From: Mayamaea pseudoterrestris
Taxonomy: Eukaryota
Assembly: GCA_027923505.1 (NCBI GenBank)
Contig: BROI01000021.1
Span: 372,001 to 436,000 of the forward strand
DNA: 64,000 nt
Direction: 5' to 3'
Shown here piece after piece: positions 11,852 through 25,097 of the stretch; positions within the stretch are counted from its first letter, which is position 1, and every line of letters begins with the position of its first letter. Under the pieces are notes generated by a model. The model searched no databases. It was not told the origin of the DNA and saw only the letters and a list, made by a program, of their open reading frames with translations. Made by a program: the position numbers and the translations under genes.

Positions 11852-13826
11852 CTACCGCCTACTGTTCCATTCGCGTACGTCTTCGTCTTCCTCTTCATCG
11901 TCCTGTTCAAAAGTGTAAGCTTCACCGTCCCGCGCAAACTCCTCAGGATGGCTATCGTTTTCCTCGGGTGGCGCCGGATAGACAAGATGCGTTTTCTTGT
12001 AGGCAGACCGAAGCGTCAACATGATGCTGCTCATGAAGGCCATGACAAGCGCCGACTAAGCGAGAAGGCTTGGCATGAGCGATTGACTCTCATGACAAAA
12101 TGAAATGATTGTGTCAATTTATTACGTCCACTACTTACCTCGAACACCCAGTAAACAGCTATCGGAGAATATGTGCACATGCCATCATACACAGTATTGA
12201 CATACAGCGGAACGATCGTCGTGCAAGACACCAGCTCGAGCACTCGAACCGCTGCCTCAAGCAAATAGCCGACGAGGTCGACAAACTCCGAAAGTACCGT
12301 TTGTAATTGTGCATAGTCTCGCCCGCAATAAAATGATAGTAGACTTATTTGCGCCGTGTTGTTAAACATGCCATCTAAGCCGCCCAGAACCTCTTGACCG
12401 GACACCAAGCGCGGAATGACGGCTTCAATGAATCCAAACGGATTCGCTCCAACCTGGCATTGCTTTACGTAGTACTTCGCGACCGTATACATGTCAAATT
12501 CTTCATCCGTTGGACCATTACCTGAAGCTTCCATCATGTTTAATATCGTTTCATCCGGACTACTTTCACCAACTCGACCACCAGGCAAGCAAAAGTCACC
12601 ATTCAAACCTGCGCCCATTGCCATGAGCCCAGCTGTCAGCCAACATACGGTGCAAATAATGAACATAAGGGGACACAAGACGTAGTTAAGAAAAGCGCCG
12701 TAGAAAGGAAAGTCAATGGTGAAGATTGCTAGAAGTGTACCTGCCATCATCAAGACGGCAACAACGTTGACAGGTACAATTGCCACAATAATCTGCCAAT
12801 TATTCACATCAACGGTGCTCAAGGTTTTGTTAAACGGATTGGCAAAATCATAGTACCTGGCGAGAACCGCTTCGAGATCGTTCAGCAGCGAAGCATCCAA
12901 AATCTCATTGAACTGTCCGAGCTGGTCGACAGCGTCTTGGGCTTGACTTTGTACCTCCTGCGCCTGCGTTGAAAAGCTCAGACCTTCAAATAAACACGTG
13001 AGTTTTCTTATCTTCTTATCATGGGCTGGACAATATAGCTAATGCTGCGTGTAACTTACTCGGATCGTTTGGACAGAAGTTGGACCCCGATACTTGCGAA
13101 GAAAGTCCGTCGTAAATATTCTGCGACGATGCCGCCACTGGTCGTAGATTGTTCAAAAGTACTTGCGTGCTATTGGCAATCAAGTCCACCCGCTCCAGTG
13201 ATCGCTGAAAGACATGCACCGTTTGAAACAGGTTTGCAACTCCCTTGGTCACGAGAAGAATCGATAAGATGACATAGACGAGACCACACAGCAAAAAGGC
13301 AATGCGTATTATCGTTGGCTTGTTCTTCCATGATGGATTTATTCGAGATTTGAACTGCATTCTGTAATATTCCTTTTCTAGCTCCTCGTCCCAATCTTCA
13401 ATTTGTGGTCGAGCTTGTTCGGATGGAAAATCTTTTCGACGCGTTGGCGTTGCATTAAAGGGAGCACCCGAAAGAAAACCGACTCGCTCCTTTCCCAAAT
13501 ACTTGAATACAAATGTTGCAATAATCCAAATGAGGAAAAAGGCGAAAATAATGGCCGCTCCAAATATAAGTCCAGTCACATAATCTTTCAGCTCGTTTCG
13601 ACTTCCTAATATGTCGACGATCTCACTGGAATGACCAAACCGTGGCGTGTCGGACACTTTTATCACCTCGTCCGGCTATACATGTAGAGAGAAATGAAAA
13701 GCATGAATGTCATTAGCAGATGACGTAATCGATTTTATGAGCATCGCCTACGATTTGTCAACGCACCGGTTCATAGGTTGATTCTCTGATGGAGTTGTTG
13801 AAATTCAGATAGGCAGAGCTGTTCAT
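11852..13826 (-). CDS. Tweety/prominin-like multi-pass membrane protein, paralog A (multi-exon)
   Basis: Exon 1 MNSSAY...YEP, intron 13676-13766, then PRFGHS. About 5 TM helices with large Cys-containing loops, GDFCLP after TM4, CTTIVPLY...DGMC before the last TM. Confidence 0.6.
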
Positions 13827-14146
13827 GATGATGAATGTGGAGATGGACGCAGTCAACTCAAACTTCTCCTTTGTGTACGTGCATGCACCTTCTATAGCGC
13901 TCTATAATCTCGGAAGCTGCAGCCAACCCATCAAGCTCCGATTTCGTCGAGCGTTTGGTTACTCACTTCTTGTCACCTCGAGCGGTGGCCGAAATTTCGT
14001 TCAGCTTTGCGCGCCGGCGCGCGTCGGACACGAATGATGGTGTACCGCGGTACTTGTATACAACAACGCGTAGCATACGCGTACTACTTACAGTTAGGAA
14101 GAGATGTCTACCGGTAGCAGAGTACTGTACTACCTTTAGCAGCTAC

Positions 14147-15990
14147 TTACATTCTAATTGAACGATGCGCCTTTGCATTTGGCCGGCATGCAGCGCGCAG
14201 CGTAATCATGACTGCTCCGGTTGTTGCCAGGCCCGCAGATGCCACCAATACCCAATACAACGCCGAAATAGCGTGAGTACATATCCCTTCCTTGACAGTA
14301 TCATTGTACAAAGGAACAAGAACGTCACATGATAGCATGCTAAGCAATGACGAGATGGAATCGTGTGTAATGTCCAAAAGCATGGCCAGCTCATCTAGGA
14401 TGGTTTGCACGGGAGAGAGATCGCGCTGGCACTCCTGCGCTAACTTCTGTAAAATGTGGCCGGCTTGCAAGAAATGGATAAAATCAGCCAGTTGGAATAT
14501 CGCATCAGCCTAAAGATTTTGATAAGGTATTTTGAGAAACCCGGGGGCGAGTCACATCATGACCTCGCATGCGCTTACCGTTTCAAATTGGTACTTTTCA
14601 AGCAAATTGACTATATCGGCGCTGACTACGCACTCCGACATGATGTGTTCAGCAAGTTGGTAAGTCATGCTGCCTGGGTGCTGATGAATCGCTTGCAAAA
14701 TATTAAGCAGGGACTGATCGGGACCACTTTCAGCGATGCGTCCATCCGGTAAACAAAAATCAGCCGCCATCGCCGCAGTGGCCAGAGCTACCACAAGTGT
14801 ACTCCATGCGAACACCACGAGAAGGATAAATAAAGGAAGTATCATCCATTCGACGGCGTGCTCGAATTTTCGGAAAGGCACTTGTTCATGGGCCATGAGA
14901 GTCGCGGCCATCAGAAAAAGTGGGAGAATCGCAACGACGACAAAGCACACCGCACCACGCAAGCTCATCAGGTCGTGCTCGCCAGTTCGCGCCTTGATAG
15001 CACTTGTTGCTCCATCAATGCCTTGTAGCACTTGATCGATCTCTGCCTTATCGATCGCAAAGAGGGCATCAAGCGTTTTTAACTGTTCCACGACATCATA
15101 TGCGAACGTTCGAATGTCCGAAGCGAAGACCGTCCGTCCCAAAGCTGGCTGAGCGGGACAAAACGTAGGTCGGTCGAGCTCGATTTGTATACTCTCACGA
15201 AGGCTGGAAGCCAAATACCTCATTTGAGGCACTTTGTCATTGACCAGCACGCCGACGTCTATTGAAATCGCGTGAACCACGGATGAAGAATCGTTGAGTA
15301 TCTCGGCTGTCTCTTGCACATGCATCAGGCCCTGACTGAAAACGAGAACAAGAAATGCAAAGAAAAGCGTTCCACTTGCGATGAACAGGAAGCGGCAGAT
15401 ATTGACCATCGAGCTTGAGGTGGCACTTTCTGCGGAAGCATGTGCAACAACCTTGCCTACCTCTTCGGGTTCCGCGTCGCCTTCCTCAACAGCGCCCTTT
15501 TCGACCTCGTGTAGCGGAAGTTTACCAAGGTTTTGGCATGCGGTATCGAGATTGACTTGCAATGACTGTAAGCTCATCATCAAGTTATTACCGCTTTCAG
15601 AAACGGTATCTGCAAAGTTTCCTGACAGGAAACCTATTTTCTTGCTGCGAATCCGTTTAAAGATGATCAGAAATACCACCCATATCATGAAGCAGGACCA
15701 CACGGCGAATCCAGACATCAAGACTCCTTTTAAATATGCATGTGCTTGTGACGAAACAAGAAGATGGGATATATCCCGACTGCGACCAAACGCAGGAATG
15801 GCGAGAAGCTGGTAAGCAACAAGCGGCTGCAAGAAGCAAAGGAGATAACTTGGTCAGTTTCCTACATATCGGCGCTTTATCTCTCGCACGTATTACGATT
15901 TTCGTTCGTTGTCGTGCACCACATGTCACTCACTGCTTCATATGAAACGCCACCATCACCGAGGGCCAATGCTTCGGTGTTGTTTTGCAT
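14147..15990 (-). CDS. Tweety/prominin-like multi-pass membrane protein, paralog B (multi-exon)
   Basis: Exon 1 MQNN...YEA, intron 15827-15933, then PAFGRS, IGFLSG, FCP, ADFCLPDG, CDVLVPLYNDTVKEGIC and ITLRAA, all colinear with paralog A. Confidence 0.6.
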
Positions 15991-16615
15991 GGTGATATGG
16001 GAGCCACATCAATAATATGATAAGGAATTACATGTCCGATTTTATCCCCGTCCCCACCCATACCTCCGGCATGGTCGGCAGTCGGCAGAGTGAGAGAGGT
16101 GCTCCATATTTTGACACAGGGTGACAGTGCTTGTACTAAAGCCACACATTGATGCCTTGTTTCCTCCAAATGTTTTTCAAGCGCCGTCGACGAGTCCATG
16201 ATTCATAAGGTAGTCAGAAACTCCAACCGTACCAACCACAATGGAATTCTGGAATTGTCAAAATGCCGAGGAATTCAAAGACACACCGGTACCCGCGCAA
16301 AGGCATAAATGGAATTTAAACTTTCGTCTTGATATTTTTTTAATTATGCCTAGGCCCTGCTGGCGCGAGTTCACGTTTCTCTAGACGGATGCACTCGGAG
16401 CGAACGAACCCCGTCGCCGACAACATGACATGTGTCGCCGACCTCCTTTATATCGTTCATTTTTATCAATCAAAACATATTTGACGCCACTTGCTAAAAG
16501 TAAATGACTCTTTTTGCAAACGATGAGACGGTTAGCAGCGAAGAATAAACTAGAAAGTAAGCGCTGATCGTCGAAAGGCTGTCGCTCACGCATCCTCGTC
16601 GTTTGTCAATTGCAG

Positions 16616-18992
16616 ATGGATCCAAGCGAGCGAGTCATTCACTGGCTGCATCGTATTCCTCGCTTTGGACACAGCAATAATCTAGCACTGTTGGCGGCTG
16701 ACAGTGAAGCATTGCAACAGGACTATGTGGACGGCATTATGTCATTTTCGATTCTCATTGCCTTCGTTGCCCTGACCTGGACCATTGCACTACTCGTTTT
16801 TAAATTCTTCTATGGACGAGACCGAGTTGGCTGCGCCGCTGGAGGTCAACCCATCAATATATCATCTCTGCGTAAGAAAAAGCTTTCCCGCTCGTCTCGG
16901 CGATCAATTCTTGTTCGGAACTGGAGGACCCAAGCCGTCTTTCTAGTTTGCTCGCTTGGCTTGACAACTCTCTCTTTTGTCTTTATCAATCATGGCATCG
17001 ATCCATTCACAAAGAGTCTTGATGTTGTCAATGACGCTGCAATGGCCATCGATGCCACGGCTTTTGAAGCAATGCAGTTAGCGAGAACCGTAGAGCAGCT
17101 TCGAGACAGCCTCGTTGACTGGGCCGCGTCAGTGAACATTACAAACTCTTGTCCAGATTTCGCCACCAGTCCACTCGCTCAAAACGTTCCATTTGAAAGG
17201 TCCACTGAAATCATCATTGGAGGTGCTCGATATGTCAATAACTTTGTTGATAAGCATGCGGATGGATTCGTCAGCAGCGTTGGCCGAACGACTCGCGCAT
17301 CCGCCTTTGTCGAGGAGAAGATTGAAATGGCAAAGTCAAATGAACATCTTGTCGATGGCGTTTTGATCGCTTTCAACGTCATAAACGCTATTCTCTTCTT
17401 TGGAGTCCTTTTGGTCAAAAGCAACATTCACTTGCCATATTATCAACGAGCGTGCAGTTACTTAATTGTTCCAACCTTTTGCGCCTTATTGGCAGGCCTG
17501 CTCGCCGTGACATGCATAAGTTCTACTATTGGCGTCTTGAATGCAGGTACGTTTGTATCTGGCACATAATTGTCTTTTTTCGTCCTTTATCTCACGTTTG
17601 GTTGGGATCCCTTTAGATTTTTGCTCCGGAGGTCAGGCGGCATCTGCGCAAGGAACAATGTTGGACTTGCTGAGTGTGAAGGGCCTAAATTCAAGCCATT
17701 TATCGTACAAGGCACTCAATTATTATACAGATGTAAGTTGTCGAAGGCCATCGTGACATAAACATAGCCAAGTTTGCCGGCAACTTATTTTATGCGCTTG
17801 TTTCTCGTTCGTCAAGGAGTGTTCGGGTGTGAATCCACTGGGTGCGATTGGACACAGTTTGGGCCAACGGGTGGCGAACATGACGAATGAGGTGCAAGTT
17901 TTGCAGTCAGCAATGAACTTGTACGAGCTTGATGACATTAACTCGGCATGTGGGGGCGACCTGGGCTCTTATAACGAAACCATTGGGAAGATGCATGCCT
18001 CGTTAAAGATACTGGGCCTGACCGCCACGAGCACTGAGAACTTGACGTCGTGTGCCAACATCGAGCCAATCTTTCAAAGTGTTGTACGAGGACCGGCTTG
18101 CAGCGAATCTGTCGAGGGATTGAGCTGTCTATTAGGTACTTCGTGTGGCATGCTCATATTGGGGCTGGTCATGCTATCAACCCGGGCGGCGCTATACAAC
18201 CCCATCATCAGGCCTCGACGGCGGAAACGTCGAGAACGAGAGTTTAAAGAGTACGTTGAATATATGGGCGCTTTCTATGATACAGCCGAATGGAAGTTGG
18301 ATGTGTTTAACAGCAAACAAAAAGCGACTATATCTCCTGCTCCGACCTTCGAAACCACTGGAAGCGACGAGTCTTCTCCTGCTCGCCCTTTTGGTAGCAA
18401 CTTTGTCAACGCCAAGGATGATAGTTTTGATGGTGCCGAAGATGAAGCTGTCTCTTCAGAATCGCCAGCTTTTCCTTCAATTTCAGTGTCGACGCCGCCA
18501 AGTAGTCAACACGTAAGCTACAGCACCAGCATGCCTGATGCGCAATCGCTACACACCGACGAAAGCGAAGACCCTGACGTTGAGTTCTACTCGTCTGATT
18601 CAGAGGACGACGAGTCGATTGGAACGAAAACCAATATTTCGGCTCTCGTCAGTCGATTCTTCGTTGTTCAACGAGGATCGGATCAAGACTCAACCTTCAG
18701 CACCAACGGAGAGCTAAACGCTTCGAGTCTGTCTCTCATGTCACTTTTGGGGCCAGTAAGCAATCTTTTCACTCCGAAGCGCAAGAAGAAAAGTGTGGAA
18801 GGGAACAAGGCATTCGACGAAACCCTGAATCGTTCTACTGATCTTTTCTTGGACATTGGGCACTCGACTCCTGTAGCTTCAACCGTTCGACCAAACGAAA
18901 AACAATATTTGAAACCGCAGAAGCGACAACGATCTCTACTTCGAACCCACGGCGGAGCAAACATGCCCGCACCACGAACTGATGTCGTGTAG
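16616..18992 (+). CDS. Tweety/prominin-like multi-pass membrane protein, paralog C with a long Ser/acidic tail (multi-exon)
   Basis: PRFGHS, RVGCAAG, SCP, NA|DFCSGG across an intron near 17548-17616, CANIEPIF...GPAC, MLSTRAA; same topology as paralogs A and B. Confidence 0.6.
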
Positions 18993-19296
18993 CATCATCT
19001 TCATTGACGTCAAGATCCACGGTTTCTAGGCTTGGCAAGTAAATAGTAAAATAACACGCCTCTTCTCATGTACTTTTCTTCTAAATTACATTCCTCGTTT
19101 CCAGTCACTCGCATTACATTAAAGGTTAGCTCATGTCATCGATTAGCGATGATCCTTGGAACGAGAACCAATGCTCGCTCCCGTTGGAGCGTCAGTCCCG
19201 CCACTTGGACTTGGTACATAGGGTTACGGGATGTATCCTCGGTTTTGGCGCGGCACGACGAGACTGTGCCCCGCCATCGAGCATTGATGATCGACC

Positions 19297-22200
19297 ATGG
19301 CGCCCGAAGCGGTCGACGATAGCCATCTGGCTGCAGCTGGGACACTCAAGCCTGGATCTATTAAACAGATTTTGTTGAAAAACTTTTTGACGTTCAAGGA
19401 TGTCATTATCACGCCTGGAGCGCGGTATGTGAGGGAGATTTGGAGGACCGTGGATCCTTTTTTTGCAGCAGCCATTGTTACGCTTCTCACACTTTTACTT
19501 TCGATCATGACAGTTTGAATATTGTCGTTGGCGCTAACGGAACCGGAAAGAGCACAATCTTGAATGCAATTTGTCTTGGTCTTGGCGGGGAACCAAAGCT
19601 TTTGGGTCGAGCGGACGATGCGCGAGACTTTGTCATGCACGGAGAAGACGAGGCGTCGATTACCATTACACTCGCTCCCAAACCTGGCATGGATACGCAT
19701 GTCATTGAACGAGTGATTGATCGACGACGCGGAAAGGAGAAGGGTAATGGACGCGGAGCGAGCACATTCTTTATAAACGGAGAGAAGGTCAACGTCAAGG
19801 AAGTCCGCGAGCTAGTTTCCAGCGAATACAAGATTACCATTGACAATCTCTGTACATTCCTACCGCAAGACAAAGTTTCGAGCTTCTCCTCAATGTCGGA
19901 GCAAGATCGTCTTCGCGAGACAGAAAAGACCTTGTCCGAAGACTATTACAACATGCATCTGCAGCTTGTTGAAGCAGTTGACGAAATTTCCGAAAATGCT
20001 GGCAGCTTGGAGTCTTTAAAACAGAAGCTGAAGAAGTACAAGCACGAAAATGAAAAGCTTGAACGAGCTGCAGCGTTGGTGGAGGAGCGGCAAAAGATAC
20101 TTGACGAGGCATCTTTGATTGAAAAAAAGAAGCTTTGGGCCGAGTATGACCTGCTTCGCGAGCAAGCAATGGAGATTAAAGAGGCGAAAGGGTTGATCAA
20201 GAAGAAGGTCACGGAAATTACTTCAGAGCTACAGCCGTTGCAGGAAAAGGCAGATCGTTTACAGGCACTGCGTCAAAAGGCGGAAGCTGATTACAAAGCT
20301 TACAATGACGAGACGAATCGGTGCAAAAAAGAGATCGAGAAGCAAAGCAACAAGTATGACAATCATGATGACACGATTGAAGACATCATCATGCAACTCA
20401 GCGAACTCGACTCAAAGCGAAGCAGATTGGAACTGGACGCCAAGGCCAAACAAGCCCGACTTGATGAGGTGGAGAAGGGAAAGCAAGGATTTCCTTCGCC
20501 CGAGGTTGCCGACGCGGACCTTAAACAAGCGCAGGCGAAACGTCGAGAAGCCATGAAAAGTTTCGATCGGGCCAAGCGTCAAGAGCAGGATGTTGAATCA
20601 CTAGTGAAGGAATTGCAGGAACAAGGCAAACGCTTCCAACAGATGGTTGCAAAGCTGGATAACGAGGCCGAGAGTCGCAAGAAGCATGTTTACCGAAAGT
20701 TTCCGAAGTTGCACACCATTACCACTTTAATTGGAGGTGATCGAGGCAGATTCCGACGACAAGTTTGGGGGCCTGTAGCATGCGAGGTCACAGCGAAGAA
20801 TAAGGGCATTGCTGCGATGTTAGAATTTCATGCGCCGAAATCTTGTCTGATGAGCTACGTCGTCGAAGAAAAACGCGATTATGATCGTCTTTACAAATGG
20901 GTTCGCGAGGAAATGAATCTCGGGATTAACATCAACCTCATTCCAAACGGCGAATTGAAGCAGAAGGAGCGATTTTATTCGGAGGAAAAAATGGCCATTT
21001 TGAAGCAGCAACACGGCATTCAGGGCTACTTGGATGAATGTTTCACTGCACCCGATGCGATTATGCAATCTCTCCGCAACGCCGCACAAGTGCAAAGGGT
21101 TCTTATTGGCAATGACACGACAATGGATAGCATCGATAACAAGGGCCTTCTCAATTTTCTTTCCAAACCTGAAGCTGGACAAGATCCGAACAAGGCCGCT
21201 CCATTCTGCGTCTTCGCAACACGGGGTCAAACGATCATTAGGTTCACTGGAAAAGTTTCCCGGTACACTGGCAAAATCACCATTTCGCAAGATCAGATAC
21301 GGGAGGCCTCGTTCCTTACAACTGGCGTGAATGAGCAAGAGAAGCAAGCGGCCGAGGCAAAGCTCGCAGAGGTTCACCAACAAGCCGATGACCTTCGCCC
21401 AAAGGCTCAGGAAGCCCAGCATATTCGACGCCAGTTGGAAAGCGAAGCTCAAGATGCGCAAGGAGAAGTGGAAGCTGCTCAGAAAATGAAAAGTCACATT
21501 GTCAAGTACCAGAGCAAGCATGACCAGGCCAAGCGAAACCTGCAAGAAGCGCTTGCGGCACTCAATACAAATGACGCGGAAGAGAAGGAAAGTTTGCTGT
21601 CTGCTTTAATGAATCGCGTCTCAAACAGTATAACTGCATTGGGTGCACATGCAGAGCAACAAGAGTCGATGATGAAAGCCACGATTGCGAGCGCAGGCGC
21701 CGCGGCCAACAAAAGCAGTGTGTCTGCGGTCGTGGCAGAGGCCAAGTAAGTTACAACGCTTGCAGCGTTCCATTCCAACAAATTCCGAAAACTGACTGGA
21801 CTACTTCTTCTTGTTGCAGGGTTGCTTTACAGGAAAAGCAAGCTGCCCATGCCGAGACAGAACAAGAAGCCCGCCGCCTCCAGGCGGACTTCTCGAAAAC
21901 GAAAAAGCGAGCAATCGAGAAAAAAGCAACTGCAGCCGAAAAAGCGCCCCTCGAAGACGAGAACGGAAATGACACAGAGCTTAAGCGCCTAATTGCTACC
22001 ATACCATTTAACACTGTCGCTGAACTTCAAGTGGCGCACGAGGAAGCTATGGCACGAGCCAACGATATTGCGGACGATCCCAATGCCGTTCGGCAGTACG
22101 AGCGGCGTAAAAAGGACATTGCAGAATTGGAGGTCGAAGTAGTGCGACGAGCAAACGCCGATGCTACCAGGGCTGAACGCATCAAGGCGATGGCAGACAA

Positions 22201-22902
22201 ATGGGAGGGCGGTTTAACTCAACACATTTCGCAAGTCAATAAGTTGTTTGCTAAGTACATGGCGGAAATGGATTGTGCTGGCGAAATTGTTTTATCTAAA
22301 GGAAAGGATAATGTTTCAAACTATAAAGACTGGGGCATTCAGATTCTAGTAAGCTTCCGCGAAGGAACCAAGGTGCAGGCGTTGTCTGCGGCGCGTAACT
22401 CTGGAGGCGAGCGTTCTGTTTGCACAATTATGTATCTTATGGCGCTTCAAGAAATGATGGTTGCTCCTTTTCGTTGTGTTGACGAAATCAACCAAGGTCT
22501 TGACGAACGCAATGAACGACTTGTATTTAAGCGTATTGTGGCCAATTCGTGTCGCCCACCGTCGTGCGAAGACTCGTCGGACCATAGCGGGCAGTACTTT
22601 TTGATTACCCCAAAACTGCTCCCAAATCTCACGGACATGGAGGACGAAGCAGTAACAGTCTTGTTTGTGATGAACGGTACGTTTGCCGTTGACGCAAGTG
22701 ACACATGTGTACTACATTGCACTGACCACGTCTTATCACTTGTTGCGCAGGTCCTCACTGCTTTTCGAGCCCAGACGACTGGCAGCAGTTTCTCTCTATG
22801 AACACCCAACGCCGTCGCGCTCATGGGGAAGACGACGACGAAGAGAACAGCAATAACTCTGTCGCGATTCGACACTCATCGAAGAAAGGACGTGTTTCGT
22901 AG
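19297..22902 (+). CDS. SMC5: Structural maintenance of chromosomes protein 5
   Basis: GSIKQILLKNFLTF, Walker A LNIVVGANGTGKSTILNAICLGLGG, IDNLCTFLPQDKV, long coiled coils, SGGERSVCTIMYLMALQ, PFRCVDEINQGLDERNER, QYFLITPKLL. Three GT-AG introns; stop TAG at 22900-22902. Confidence 0.95.
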
Positions 22903-23112
22903 CTACATCTACCTTGAGCCGGTCTTCACGAATAATTAACTTCTTGCTTTTCGCACAGAAGCAAAGATGTCGATGAATTGTGCAATAACTCATTACAGTA
23001 TGTTTTAGACTAATTGACCATTTGGCAAAAGCATGATTTTACAACTATCGCCAGTAGTATATGAAAAAGCTATAGCAATGACACCATACTCAAAGAACTA
23101 TTCGCATTATAT

Positions 23113-24597
23113 TCAGTCATTGACGTCAATGACTTCCTGCACCGATGCCTTCTTCTTACTGCAAGCGTCAATCATTCGAACTTGCTCCAGTAAAGCTCGA
23201 TTGCGACCACCGGTAAAGGAGCTCAACCCGTCCTTCCAGTGAACCCTATTTTTTGAGCGAGAGTGAGAATTATGGATTTTACCTCCTTGTTTTTCTTGTA
23301 GTTTCTTTTTCTCCAACTCGCGAAGCTTGGCTTGACACTGTCGCTTGTAAGCAAGCGCTTTATCAAGGTCCTCCTTTAGCATGGCAGATCTCTCCTTCTC
23401 ACGCTCCAACTTTTCTAGATCAGCAGTGCTCATTCGCTTGCGCTTTCGTTTTTGCTTCACCTTTTCGGCCTTTGCCTGATGCGCTGTGAGCCATTTGGGT
23501 TTGTTTTCACTATCGTTGCTTTCAAGTGCTGCTCGTCGATCCTGTAGTATCGCGCGAAGAGCGGAAAGTGGCTCGTGTCGTCCCCCAACGTCTACATCGA
23601 CTTGCTCTGTCTGGTTCACTTTTGTTGCTGCAAATGACGTCTTCCAAGTGGATCGTATCCGATACAGCGCCTTCTTGACAACATCAACATTGTCCTCGTC
23701 ACCGGTCAACAGAGACACCCTGTGCTTCCAAGCCGCATTCTTTGGTGTGATTTCGATCATCTTCTTAACTTGCCGTCGAAGCTTGTTAATCAGCGCGTCT
23801 AACTTCGCTTCCTGAATATGTTCCAAGTCAAACGGCATGTCGCACAAGAAATTCAACAATGGTAGCAACAATATAGACGTTGGAGATGGTAGAGCATTTG
23901 GACGTTTCGCATCATGCTTTGAACAGGGTTTCGTAGAAGACGACGTTTGCTTTAATGGAGTGACTGCATCGACAAGCCACTGCCGCAACACCTTCAGCCC
24001 GCCCGCCCTAATAAAGGACTGGATGCGGCCAAGTGTCACGACTTCCTTTCCAGCATCAACAGATTCCTTTGCGGAGCCAGCCAAAGGCATTTTTGTGCGT
24101 GCCACACTCCGGTCCGTCTTCTTGTCGACAATTAATGAACGGTCCAAGATTGCCATGGCGAGGACTCGCGAGGCAGGATCAAGACAATGAATCGCCAAAT
24201 GCCGCACAAACTGCTCACTTTGATTCACATCTAGTGCCCCCGTCGCAATCGCATCAATGTTATCCGCTTGAGCAACTTGACAAAATGATATCAACGCTCG
24301 CTCCCACGTTGCCACGCCGTGCCAAAGCACGTCCGAGGCCATTGACTTTTTTGTGCTGCAATCGTTTGGAATTGTGGTCTTTGACTCTTGAAAGGCATTT
24401 CGCCTCATGGCTATATAATCCGTTTCAAGTTTCTGCTGAAAGGCGACCTGAAGATGGTCCTGATCGTCTTGTCCACGAGCCGCATTTCCAGGATCCATTG
24501 TTGCCGCATCAGATTTGATTGGTGCTGCGGCAGCTGCTGCAACAGAGTATGGCGCTTGCACAATACCTGGCAGCCAAGCCTGATTAAAATCGTTCAT
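23113..24597 (-). CDS. TFIIS N-terminal-like helical domain protein with a C-terminal RVxW motif (PNUTS-like)
   Basis: 494-aa ORF: FIRAGGLKVLRQWL...LLLPLLNFLCDMPFDLEHIQEAKLDALINKL, NLS-like KRKRKR, KNRVHWKD. Confidence 0.55.
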   Translation of the reverse strand: MNDFNQAWLPGIVQAPYSVAAAAAAPIKSDAATMDPGNAARGQDDQDHLQVAFQQKLETDYIAMRRNAFQESKTTIPNDCSTKKSMASDVLWHGVATWERALISFCQVAQADNIDAIATGALDVNQSEQFVRHLAIHCLDPASRVLAMAILDRSLIVDKKTDRSVARTKMPLAGSAKESVDAGKEVVTLGRIQSFIRAGGLKVLRQWLVDAVTPLKQTSSSTKPCSKHDAKRPNALPSPTSILLLPLLNFLCDMPFDLEHIQEAKLDALINKLRRQVKKMIEITPKNAAWKHRVSLLTGDEDNVDVVKKALYRIRSTWKTSFAATKVNQTEQVDVDVGGRHEPLSALRAILQDRRAALESNDSENKPKWLTAHQAKAEKVKQKRKRKRMSTADLEKLEREKERSAMLKEDLDKALAYKRQCQAKLRELEKKKLQEKQGGKIHNSHSRSKNRVHWKDGLSSFTGGRNRALLEQVRMIDACSKKKASVQEVIDVND

Positions 24598-25097
24598 GGT
24601 GAAAGAGTTGATTCAATCAATCTATGTTGCTAGCGGGTGCTACCGGTAGTCGCCAACTACCAAGGAGCGGAATGTGGCGTGGATCTGTCAACATTCGTCA
24701 TGGTGGAACCGCGAAACGCAACATTGTATGCAATCACGGTGGGACATTCAATCACGGTATGACATTTTCATAATAAGCCCGTCATGACATGAGAAGGCTC
24801 GGACATATTTTTGCGTTCGAAACAGCTTTTCAAGTATAGCCTCTACAATCATACGTTAACGAATGAGACGCCCAAGAGCAGTTAGGTTCAACTCCGGACA
24901 AGCCGACGTAAGCATAACCGTCGTGGCTCGAGGCTGTTTGCGTCTGCATGTCTCGTTGCTCGTGGAGTCGCGATGATGATTGTCACACACACGCGCGTTT
25001 GTTTGCGCCAGCTCGTCCGCCTTGTTGCCTGCCTGTCTGCCTCTGAATGATTCCGTGAAACCTTTCAAACTTCAATATACAGTGTCGATTGTTTACC

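Noticed and set aside
19297..22902. Functional link between SMC5 (or the histone-fold gene) and the adjacent satellite
   Set aside because: Gene neighbourhood in eukaryotes rarely implies function, and nothing in the sequence ties them.
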